Source of the DNA: an uncultured Desulfobacteraceae bacterium
GTDB taxonomy: Bacteria; Desulfobacterota; DSM-4660; Desulfatiglandales; HGW-15
Assembly (NCBI GenBank): GCA_964580575.1
Contig: CAZOLJ010000006.1
Location: 825 to 64,824 of the forward strand
Direction: 5' to 3'
DNA: 64,000 nt
This document shows positions 43,754 through 52,297 of the stretch, one piece after another. Numbering within the stretch: the stretch's first letter is position 1; every line of letters starts with the position of its first letter. The position numbers and the translations under genes were made by a program. The notes beneath the pieces were generated by a model, which was not told the DNA's origin, searched no databases, and worked only from the letters and a program-made list of their open reading frames with translations.

Positions 43754-46700
43754 TCACATTTCATTGATCATGGCCATGATCTGCCCTTCCTCAAATCCCT
43801 TGAGGTTGAGCGCTCCCGAGCGGCAGGACGCCACGCACAGCCCACAGCCCTTGCAGAGCACCGGATTGACCTCCGCCTTTCCCGTGAAAGGGCCCTTCTG
43901 GATAAAGGAGGTCGCCGAATAAGGGCAGATCTCCACACAGACCCCGCAGCTGCTGCAGACGACAGGGGTCGCATAGGCGACCATACCGCTCACCGCGATG
44001 GTCTTTCTGGCCAGCAGGGTGACCGCTCTGGAGGCGGCCGCCTGGGCCTGGGCCACCGACTCATCAATGGGCTTCGGATAGTGGGCCATACCGCAAAGGA
44101 AGACGCCGTCCGTGGCAAACTGGGACGGACCGAGCTTGGCATGAGCCTCCACAAAAAAGCCGTCCTCGCTCAAAGGAACCTTGAAAAACTGGGCAAGCTT
44201 TTCGTCCTTGTAGGGAACAATGGCAGAGGCCAGGGCAAGCAAATCCGCCTTGATCAGGATGGGCCGTTGGAGGACGTGATCCATCACCTCGATCTCAAGG
44301 CCCTCTTTGCCGGCAGAGACTTTCGGTTTCTGTGAAATGGAGAACCGAATGAAGAGGATCCCCGCTTCTCGCGCCTCCCTGTAAAGGAGTTCCCGCTCCC
44401 CGTAGGTTCGGATATCCCGGTTGAGAATGTAAACATCCATGGCTGGGTTCAGTTCTTTGAGGTGGAGGGCGCTCTCGATGGAGTGGGTGCAGCAGACCCT
44501 CGAACAATAAGGCCTTTGGGGTTCGCGCGAACCCACGCATTGGATGAACACGGCTGTTTGAATCTTCTTGATCGACGGATCGCGATCGATGAACCTGCGG
44601 TCGAGCTCCTGGTGAGTCACCACGAGGGGGTGCTTCCCGTAAAGGTATTCCTCGGGCTTGTATTCATAGCATCCCGTGGCGAGCACGGCGATTCCATGTT
44701 CAAGGGTCCCCTGGAGGGTGCTGGACTGAAACGTGGTCTTGAAGCTTCCCACAAAACCTTCGACCTGGGTCAACTCGGCTCCGAGGTGGACCCGGATGTT
44801 TTTATCCCCTTGGACCGATTGCACAAGGCCCCCAAGATTTTTCTGGATATCTTCCCCCTGCCATGTCCTGTAAAGGTTCAGAGCCTGACCGCCCAGTACG
44901 GGAGCTTTCTCGACGATGTCCACCTCATAGCCCTGGTCGCTTAGGGTTTTTGCCGCCACCATACCGGAGATGCCGCCGCCGATCACGAGGGCCCGCTGGT
45001 TGATATCCAGCACGGCCTCTGGGAGGGATTCCATAAGAGCGACCTTGGCCACGGCCATGCGCACGAGGTCCTTGGCTTTGTCCGTCGCCTCCTGAGGATT
45101 GTCTTTGTGAACCCAGGAGTCCTGGTTGCGGATGTTGGTCATCTCGAAGAGATATTTGTTGAGGCCTGCGGTGACCAACGTCTCCTGGAACAGGGCTTCG
45201 TGGGTCTTGGGCGTGCATGCGGCCACCACGATCCGGTTGAGGGTGTTCGCCTTGATCACCTGGGCCATGGTGTCCTGAGTGTCCTGCGAGCAGGAGTAGA
45301 GGTTATCCGCCACGTACTCAACGTAGGGGAGGGTCTTCGCGTAGTCACGCACCGCCGGGACATTCACCACGCTGCCGATGTTGATGCCGCAATTGCAGAC
45401 AAACACTCCGATGCGAGGCCGCTCCCCCCGAATGTCCTTCTGCTCGGGCACTTCTTTCGCCTTGGTCAAGGTATTGCGAGCGCCGCTCAAAAGGGCTCCT
45501 GCCCGGGCAGCGGCCGAACTCGCTTCGATTACGGACTGGGGGATGTCCTTGGGCCCCTGGAAAGCGCCGCACACATAGATGCCTTCCCTGGATGTGGCCA
45601 CCGGAGCGAAGGAACTTGTCCTGCAGAACTGCGACCCTGTGAGGTCGATGCCGAGCTTGTCGGCCAATTCCATGACCTGCGGGGAGGTCTCGAGCCCCAC
45701 GGAGAGGACGACCATGTCAAAAGCCTCCTGGCGAAATTCACCGTCTTCAGTGGCATACTTGACACTGAGATCCTCGGTCAGCGGCATGGCCTCAACGGAG
45801 TGAACGCGGGACCGGATGAACCGAACCCCGTGTTTTTCCCGAGCGGCGTCGTAGTACCTTTCGAACTCCTTCCCGTGGGTCCGCATGTCCATATAGAAGA
45901 TGGCGCAATCGAGATTAGATCCTGAATGCTCCTTGGCGATCACCGCCTCTTTGATGGCATACATGCAGCAGACAGAGGAGCAGTAGGGATGGTCGCATTG
46001 GTGCATGTCCCTGGACCCGACGCACTGGAGCCAAGCGATCTTCTTGGGTTCCTTGTGATCGGACATGCGGGCGAGATGCCCCAGGGTAGGACCGGACGCT
46101 GAAAGGATCCTCTCGAACTCCATGGAAGTGACCACGTTCGGGAGCTTGGCGTAGCTGTAAGTATCGTACTTGGAGGGGTCAAAGGGTTGAAAACCTGGTG
46201 CAAGGATGATCGCTCCCACATCCAGTTCAATGATTTCATCCTTTTGAGAATGATCGATCGCCCCGACACCGCAAAATTCCGCACAGATCTTGCAGCCGCC
46301 GGTCTTGAAATGGATGCACATGCTCCTGTCTATGGCCGGCGTGTTGGGAATAGCCTGAGCGTAGGGAACGTAGATAGGCTTCCGGCCCTTGAGGCCCATA
46401 TCGTATTCGGAAGGAATGGGCTTCACCGAATGTTTGGTGATGTCTTCCAGTCTGATGTGCCCGGTCGGACAGACCGATGCACAGGCCCCGCACCCCATGC
46501 AGAATTCGGTCTGGATGTGAAACGGCGTATCGACCTTCATCTCGGTGCCGCGACCGGTCAGGCTGATGGCGGCATTTCCCATCCTCTCGCAGATCCTGGT
46601 GCAAAGTCCGCAAAGGATACAATCATCGTTCTCTTTCTTGAATCGGGGTTCTTCAAGGTCGTATTTTTTTGCCAGTTCCCTTAGAACGGGGACCTCCGGG

Positions 46701-46987
46701 CAACGGGCCAGAAGCAGCTCCACGAGCAACTTTCGACCCTTGTGAACGGCCTCCGTGTCCGTCTTGACCTCCATGCCTTCCCATATGGGGTAATTGCAGG
46801 ACGTGACAAAACGGGTCCGCCGTCCGTCGAAGACCTCCACAGTGCATAACCGGCACATTCCTGCAGGCTCCAGGGCCTTGTGGTGGCACAAAGTCGGGAT
46901 CTCGATCCCATATTTTTGTGCAATCTGGAGGATGTATTGTCCCTCTTCTCCTTGGACCGTTTTTCCGTTCATCTTGAAAGTAATCAT
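43754..46987 (-). CDS. Fusion protein: NuoG-N-terminal-like (2Fe-2S plus Fe-S) and HdrA-like flavoprotein lacking the first HdrA N-terminal module
   Basis: N-terminal 'MITFKMNGK......CHH....P.G.CR.C.VEV' (Fer2_4/NuoG type). Then HdrA body 'FERILSASGPTLGH...WLQCVGSRD...YCSSVCCMYAIKEA', a second Rossmann 'VIGGGISGM' and C-terminal 2x[4Fe-4S]. Confidence 0.85.
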   Translation of the reverse strand: MITFKMNGKTVQGEEGQYILQIAQKYGIEIPTLCHHKALEPAGMCRLCTVEVFDGRRTRFVTSCNYPIWEGMEVKTDTEAVHKGRKLLVELLLARCPEVPVLRELAKKYDLEEPRFKKENDDCILCGLCTRICERMGNAAISLTGRGTEMKVDTPFHIQTEFCMGCGACASVCPTGHIRLEDITKHSVKPIPSEYDMGLKGRKPIYVPYAQAIPNTPAIDRSMCIHFKTGGCKICAEFCGVGAIDHSQKDEIIELDVGAIILAPGFQPFDPSKYDTYSYAKLPNVVTSMEFERILSASGPTLGHLARMSDHKEPKKIAWLQCVGSRDMHQCDHPYCSSVCCMYAIKEAVIAKEHSGSNLDCAIFYMDMRTHGKEFERYYDAAREKHGVRFIRSRVHSVEAMPLTEDLSVKYATEDGEFRQEAFDMVVLSVGLETSPQVMELADKLGIDLTGSQFCRTSSFAPVATSREGIYVCGAFQGPKDIPQSVIEASSAAARAGALLSGARNTLTKAKEVPEQKDIRGERPRIGVFVCNCGINIGSVVNVPAVRDYAKTLPYVEYVADNLYSCSQDTQDTMAQVIKANTLNRIVVAACTPKTHEALFQETLVTAGLNKYLFEMTNIRNQDSWVHKDNPQEATDKAKDLVRMAVAKVALMESLPEAVLDINQRALVIGGGISGMVAAKTLSDQGYEVDIVEKAPVLGGQALNLYRTWQGEDIQKNLGGLVQSVQGDKNIRVHLGAELTQVEGFVGSFKTTFQSSTLQGTLEHGIAVLATGCYEYKPEEYLYGKHPLVVTHQELDRRFIDRDPSIKKIQTAVFIQCVGSREPQRPYCSRVCCTHSIESALHLKELNPAMDVYILNRDIRTYGERELLYREAREAGILFIRFSISQKPKVSAGKEGLEIEVMDHVLQRPILIKADLLALASAIVPYKDEKLAQFFKVPLSEDGFFVEAHAKLGPSQFATDGVFLCGMAHYPKPIDESVAQAQAAASRAVTLLARKTIAVSGMVAYATPVVCSSCGVCVEICPYSATSFIQKGPFTGKAEVNPVLCKGCGLCVASCRSGALNLKGFEEGQIMAMINEM

Positions 46988-47009
46988 CGGTCAAATCCTT
47001 TTTTCCGCA

Positions 47010-48911
47010 CTATCCCACGACAATGGCATCGAACTTACAGGCGTCGTAGCAGATCCCGCACTTGACGCACTTTCCTTGGTCCAGTTGATGAACCTTTTTC
47101 TTGTCCCCCGCGATGGCTTCCTGGGGACACTTGAGAGCACACACGTGACACCCTGTGCAGGCCTGCTCGTCCACCTCATAGTGAAAGAGGGGTTTGCAGA
47201 CCCCAGCAAAGCATTTTTTGTCCTTAATGTGGGCCTCGTACTCATCACGAAAGTAGAGAATGGTGGTGAGAACCGGATTGGGAGCCGAGGTGCCCAGCCC
47301 GCAGAGGGAAAACTTCTGGATCATGCTCCCCAACTCTTCGAGCAGCTCGATGTCGCCTTCTTTACCCCTGCCCTCACAGATGCCCGTGAGCACATCGAGC
47401 ATTTGCTTGATTCCCTCCCGACAAGGGGTGCACTGGCCGCAGGATTCGCCGTTGAGAAAGTCAAGAAAGTAACGGGCCAGATCCACCATGCAAGTGTCCT
47501 GATCCATGACGATCATGCCGCCGGAGCCCATCATGGAACCTACCTTGGTCAGTTCATCAAAATCGACTTGAAGATCCAGGAACGCCTCCGGGATACAGCC
47601 CCCAGAAGGCCCTCCGGTCTGAACAGCCTTGAATTTTCGCTTTTTGGGAATCCCCCCTCCCATGTCGAAAATGATCTCCCGCAGAGGAGTGCCCATCGGC
47701 ACTTCAACCAGGCCGGTATTCTTCACTTTTCCAACGAGGCTGAACACCTTGGTGCCTTTGCTGTATTTCGTTCCCATGCCGGCGTACCATTCGGCCCCTT
47801 TGAGCATGATGACGGGAACGTTTGCGTAGGTTTCGACGTTGTTGAGATTGGAGGGACCGTCCCTGAATCCCTTTTCCACCGTGTGAACATACTTGGCCCT
47901 CGGTCTCCCAACCTTCCCCTGCAGCGAGGCCATGAGGGCTGTGGATTCTCCGCAAACGAATGCGCCAGCCCCGGTGGAGATCTTGATGCTGAAGCTGAAC
48001 CCGGAACCTGCGATGTTGTCCCCGAGCAACCCGAGATCCTCCGCTTGCCGGATGGCGTTGACGAGACGCTTCACCGCCAGTGGATACTCATTGCGCACAT
48101 AGATGTAGCCCTGAGCCGATCCAATGGCGTAGGCCGCTATCAGCATTCCTTCCAGGACGCTGTGGGGATCTCCCTCCAGCACACTCCTGTCCATATAAGC
48201 CCCTGGGTCGCCCTCATCGGCATTACAGATGACATACCGCTCTCCGCGGTGTTTGCGACAGCTCTCCCATTTTATTCCCGTAGGAAATCCGCCGCCGCCC
48301 CGACCCCTCAGACCGGACTTCTTGATGCTTGTGATGATATCCTCAGGTTTCATTTCAGCGAGGACACGGGTGAAAGCGAAATAGCCTCCTCTCCCAATAT
48401 ATTCCTGGACGCTCTGAGGATCGATGTAGCCGCAATTGCGCAAGGCGACCTTGACTTGCCGAGAATAAAACGGGATTTCTTCCAAGAAGGGGATCGCTTT
48501 GAGGGGTTTCACCTTTTCGAGGGGGTTCCGGATGTCTTCCTCAAGGACGGATCGGGGGTCTCGCATCTGGCCAAGGATCAACTTCTTGCTGAACTTCTCT
48601 TCCGTGTAGTCTTGAACAACATCCAAGACCCTATCCTCGGTCACCCGTTTGTACACGACCCTCGGTCGCCCCTTTGCCACTATCTCCACCAGAGGCTCTT
48701 CTTCGCAAAAGCCGAGACAACCGGTTTGCCGAACTTGAAAAGAGTGAGCTTCAGGATACTCTTTCAGCGCTTTTTCGAAGGTCGCTTTGGCTCCGGCAGC
48801 GATCCCGCAGGACGCCATTCCCACATTGAGCATCATGGTCTCTGGGTAGTAGAGTTTCTGACTATACTCTGAAGTGATCTTTTCCAGATCTTTCACCGAG
48901 TGGATTTTCAT
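47010..48911 (-). CDS. NuoF/HydB-like NADH-binding FMN Fe-S flavoprotein
   Basis: 'GRGGGGFPTG.KW' (FMN), 'CNADEGDPGA', 'ESCGQCTPCREG' and C-terminal 2x[4Fe-4S] ferredoxin motifs; 633 aa. Confidence 0.9.
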   Translation of the reverse strand: MKIHSVKDLEKITSEYSQKLYYPETMMLNVGMASCGIAAGAKATFEKALKEYPEAHSFQVRQTGCLGFCEEEPLVEIVAKGRPRVVYKRVTEDRVLDVVQDYTEEKFSKKLILGQMRDPRSVLEEDIRNPLEKVKPLKAIPFLEEIPFYSRQVKVALRNCGYIDPQSVQEYIGRGGYFAFTRVLAEMKPEDIITSIKKSGLRGRGGGGFPTGIKWESCRKHRGERYVICNADEGDPGAYMDRSVLEGDPHSVLEGMLIAAYAIGSAQGYIYVRNEYPLAVKRLVNAIRQAEDLGLLGDNIAGSGFSFSIKISTGAGAFVCGESTALMASLQGKVGRPRAKYVHTVEKGFRDGPSNLNNVETYANVPVIMLKGAEWYAGMGTKYSKGTKVFSLVGKVKNTGLVEVPMGTPLREIIFDMGGGIPKKRKFKAVQTGGPSGGCIPEAFLDLQVDFDELTKVGSMMGSGGMIVMDQDTCMVDLARYFLDFLNGESCGQCTPCREGIKQMLDVLTGICEGRGKEGDIELLEELGSMIQKFSLCGLGTSAPNPVLTTILYFRDEYEAHIKDKKCFAGVCKPLFHYEVDEQACTGCHVCALKCPQEAIAGDKKKVHQLDQGKCVKCGICYDACKFDAIVVG

Positions 48912-48932
48912 GTTTCAGCCTCTTGTTGGATC

Positions 48933-49430
48933 CTATTCGTATCCGCCCAGGATTTTCGTGGCTTCATCAGGGGACAGCCGGGCGTGAACAGCCTCATTAA
49001 TTTTGACTACAGGTCCGAGACTGCAGCAGCCGATGCAGCGCACGGATTCAAGGGTGAAGCGTCCGTCTCCCGTGGTCTGCCCATCATGGATATGCAACTG
49101 TTCTTGTATCTGCTCATGAACCCGCTTGGCCCCTCTGACATGGCACGCTGTCCCCAGGCAAACCGTAATCAGATTGCGTCCGCGCGGCTCCAGGCTGAAG
49201 GTAGCGTAGAACGTCGCAATTCCATAGATCTGACTCAGGGGAACACCGACTTTTTCCGCAAGATAGGTGAGGCTTGGTCTAGGGAGGTAATTGTAGCGCC
49301 TCTGTATGGCCTGAAGCATCATGATCAGATTTTCTTTGTCATTGCCAAATTGGGATTCGATCAAATTGTCCAGTTCAAAGTAATCCAATTCATCGGCAGA
49401 AGCAGTCTGCACCGGACGCACCTCATTCAT
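48933..49430 (-). CDS. NuoE/HoxE-like 2Fe-2S thioredoxin-fold subunit
   Basis: 'VCLGTACHVRGA' and 'CIGCCSLGPV'; 165 aa. Confidence 0.9.
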   Translation of the reverse strand: MNEVRPVQTASADELDYFELDNLIESQFGNDKENLIMMLQAIQRRYNYLPRPSLTYLAEKVGVPLSQIYGIATFYATFSLEPRGRNLITVCLGTACHVRGAKRVHEQIQEQLHIHDGQTTGDGRFTLESVRCIGCCSLGPVVKINEAVHARLSPDEATKILGGYE

Positions 49431-49454
49431 TCCCCAGTCCTCCTCTCCTGCAAT

Positions 49455-49868
49455 CTACGCCCTGGTTGTCTGATCCGTACGGGGAACACCAACCGCTTGA
49501 TTGACGACAGGGCAGTTTTCAACGCACACGCCGCAGCCTGTGCACAGATCCATGTTGATGCTCCGGGCCCGTTTTCTTATTTTCACTTTGAAATCTCCAG
49601 GGCTTCCTTCTACGGACTCAAGATCAGAGTAAGTGATGAGCTCGATATTAAGATGCCGGCCGACCTCGACCAGTTTGGGGGAGATGATTCACATGGCGCA
49701 GTCGTTGGTGGGAAAGGTCTTGTCCAATTGAGCCATGGCCCCGCCGATGGCAGGGGATTTCTCAAGAAGGTAGACATAATACCCGGAATCCGCCAAATCA
49801 AGGGCGGACTGCATCCCTGCGATACCCCCGCCCACAACCAGAACCGATCCTTTCACGCTGCTGGACAT
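49455..49868 (-). CDS. Stand-alone HdrA N-terminal module with selenocysteine (UGA at 49689-49691 recoded)
   Basis: '[47 protein letters not shown]...' continues to '[12 protein letters not shown]' and TAG at 49455. It aligns to residues ~10-120 of the HdrA at 9804 ('FPTNNCDLCTLSP'). Hairpin CUGGUCG-AGGU-CGGCCGG lies 15 nt after the UGA (plus 49656-49673). Confidence 0.75.
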
Positions 49869-50168
49869 ATCCTTATTCTCCTTGGATTCCAAACAATAAT
49901 CAGAGTTCCGAGCCTTTCCGGTGTGAAGAACACAATTCGCCTCCCCGACCTGAGCCATCACGACATGTGAATTTCAGGCCTACCAAAACCCTGGACACCC
50001 TAGAGTGATGCCGGATCAATACTCATGAGTGACAAAAGGCCAGGCTTAATGAGGAAGACATTTAAAGTGTATAGGAACCAGATACACTATGAGATGAACA
50101 TAGCCATGACCGAGGGAATCTGTCAATGGTTTTTTGTTCTCACTATGGGGAAAAAAGGCATGGAACCC

Positions 50169-50198
50169 CCCCCGGCTTCTGCTTCAGGAAGCCGGGGG
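50169..50198 (-). terminator. Stem-loop after the dual-receiver gene (possible terminator)
   Basis: CCCCCGGCTTC-N8-GAAGCCGGGGG, an 11-bp perfect stem just after the stop. The T-run on the transcribed strand is about 12 nt away, so this is not a textbook intrinsic terminator. Confidence 0.4.
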
Positions 50199-50209
50199 AG
50201 TGGAGGTAT

Positions 50210-51886
50210 CTAGGCCGCCAAGCGAATGGCGTTCTCGGTCACCTTTCTGATCTCATCGGGAGTAAAGGGCTTTGGTAGATAGTCGACCGCCCCCAGCCGG
50301 GCGCTTTCCTTGGCTGTTTCGATACTGGCATAGCCGGTGATGATGATGACGAGCGTCTCCGGGCTTTTCTCACGGATGGCATGAAGGAGTTCCAGTCCCT
50401 GCACACCGGGGATTTTGAGATCGAGCAGGATGAGTTTGTAGGCCTTCTCCTCGATTTTCTGCAGTGCTTCTTCTTTGGTCATCGCCTGATCGACGGAGAA
50501 TCCTTTCTTTGACAAGATCTTGCGGATATTGTTGTTCACCGCCGCTTCGTCATCAATCACCAGAACGTCTTGCTCGTTTGCTTTCCTGGGCAATTCATGG
50601 ACCACGGCCTTGCGGGGGGCTTCTTTCTTCAGGAGGCCGGAAACCCTTTGCTTCAACTCCTCGTAGGGCATGAGAGAGACCCCCTCATGTTCGAGGTATT
50701 TCACGAAATCCGGTCCGGTCAGCGCAACCACCTCTTCGTGGCTGAAGGGCATGTCCGGGCCCACCCATTTCCTCACATCCGGAACTTCTCCTTTTGTCCC
50801 CGCCGTCTTCTTCCCTTTCATTTGGGGGCACAGGTTGCTCTTGAGGCCTGCCTTGCAGGTGTTCCCGATCTTTTTGTAGATGTCACAGATTTTCACGCCG
50901 ACTTTGCAATAGTGCTCCAGAGTCTCAGGAGACGGGGCACTAAGGGACGGCATGTCCGAAGGGCCGAGGGTGTCTGCATAGGATTCGCCTGCTTGCATCG
51001 CCACTTCGTCTCTTGCAAAAGGAATATCCACGTCAATGACCTGTTTCCTTTTAGCCATCACGGCCGTCATCTTCTTCTTGAGTTCTTCATAGGGCACAAA
51101 GGCAATGCCGTCGCTCTGAAGATTCATGAGGTACTCAGGTCCGGTGATTGAAGCGATCTCCTCGTAGCTGAAAGGCTGATCAATGCCGACAAGCTTCTTG
51201 GGGTCTAAAGCCTTTTCACTCTTCCCTTCTTTTTTCGCCTTCGTCCCTTTTTTGGCCTGTGGGCACGCCTCGGTCTTGAGACCTGCTTTGCAGGTGTTCC
51301 CAAGCTTCTTGAAAATGTCGCACACCTTTTGCCCTACCTTGCAATAGTACTCCAGGGTCTCGATCGATGGCATCTCCACAACAGGCATATCCGAGGGGCC
51401 CAGCGTATCCGCGTATCCTTCCCCCGCGACCTTTGCCACTTCTTGCCTGTCAAAGGGGATGTCGAGATCAATGACTTTGATCGCCTTTCTCTCCTTTTCA
51501 GAGACCGGCGCCTCGCGCAATTCCCCTGAAAGAGCCTTTTCCACCGTATCCCTTACTTCTTTCGGGGTGAAAGGCTTGGGAATGTAATCCAGAGCACCGA
51601 GCCGGATAGCTTTCATGGCGGTATCGGTAGAGGCATAAGCCGTCATAATGATCACTTTGGTGAGGGGCCACTGCTCTTTCACGAGCTTCAAGAGCTCCAG
51701 CCCGTTCTTTTCAGGCATCACAATGTCGGAGATCAGCAGGGAATAAGAATCCTTGGCCATCTTCTCAAGGGCCTCCTGGGCGCTCAAGGCCTGAGTCACT
51801 TCATAATTCTTTTTTGCCAGGATTTTGTGCACATTCTCACAGATTCCTTTTTCATCGTCCACGACCAGAATCTTCTTTGTCTCCAT
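50210..51886 (-). CDS. Dual-receiver response regulator with a duplicated central four-Cys domain (REC - X - X - REC)
   Basis: N- and C-terminal CheY-like receivers ('ILVVDDE...SDIVMP', 'VLVIDDE...LLDLKIP'). Between them are two ~135-aa repeats, each with 'IDxDIPF...YADTLGPSDMP...ETLE.YCKVG.K.CDI.KK.GNTCKAGLK...CPQ' (C-x6-C-x9-C-x8-C). Confidence 0.8.
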   Translation of the reverse strand: METKKILVVDDEKGICENVHKILAKKNYEVTQALSAQEALEKMAKDSYSLLISDIVMPEKNGLELLKLVKEQWPLTKVIIMTAYASTDTAMKAIRLGALDYIPKPFTPKEVRDTVEKALSGELREAPVSEKERKAIKVIDLDIPFDRQEVAKVAGEGYADTLGPSDMPVVEMPSIETLEYYCKVGQKVCDIFKKLGNTCKAGLKTEACPQAKKGTKAKKEGKSEKALDPKKLVGIDQPFSYEEIASITGPEYLMNLQSDGIAFVPYEELKKKMTAVMAKRKQVIDVDIPFARDEVAMQAGESYADTLGPSDMPSLSAPSPETLEHYCKVGVKICDIYKKIGNTCKAGLKSNLCPQMKGKKTAGTKGEVPDVRKWVGPDMPFSHEEVVALTGPDFVKYLEHEGVSLMPYEELKQRVSGLLKKEAPRKAVVHELPRKANEQDVLVIDDEAAVNNNIRKILSKKGFSVDQAMTKEEALQKIEEKAYKLILLDLKIPGVQGLELLHAIREKSPETLVIIITGYASIETAKESARLGAVDYLPKPFTPDEIRKVTENAIRLAA

Positions 51887-51955
51887 GTCTTCTTCCCCTT
51901 TTATGATCAGAGTTTTAAAACTTTCACCCATGGTAAACAGTCTGCCTTTACACGA

Positions 51956-51971
51956 AGCATATGTCGTGCCA
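51956..51971 (-). promoter_or_regulatory. Candidate sigma-54 promoter upstream of the dual-receiver gene
   Basis: Minus strand reads TGGCAC-GACAT-ATGCT (perfect -24, one mismatch at -12), about 70 nt upstream of the ATG at 51886 and directly downstream of an NtrC-family gene. Confidence 0.55.
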
Positions 51972-52297
51972 GGTCTTTGTGCTGCATATAACCAATTGAT
52001 AATAGGCCACTTTGTTTAATAATCCCTTTTGAGAACCTTGTCGGTGTATAGAATAAATATTCAGGCTGAAAAGGTAGAGTGCGAAAGGTACGAATGGTTT
52101 GTCATCTTTCGAGTGAGCAGGGAGAAGCGTTCTTCCATAAACATTCCAAGAAATTGGCTTGACTCCGTAGGAACATAAGCGTGGAGGGGAAAGACTGGAA
52201 AACCAAAATGAGAATCTCTAAAATGATGTATATGTTCGCTATACAGGGTATGATTTCTTCAAAAGGATCCTGCTCTGAGAAAAACTCTCGTGCTCTT

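Noticed and set aside
50097-50127. Sigma-70-like promoter (TTGACA-N18-TATGTT on the minus strand) upstream of the Sec-hdrA operon.
   Set aside because: It is a plausible hexamer match only. It would give a 230-nt leader, has no supporting conservation and has many alternatives, so it is too weak to list as a feature.
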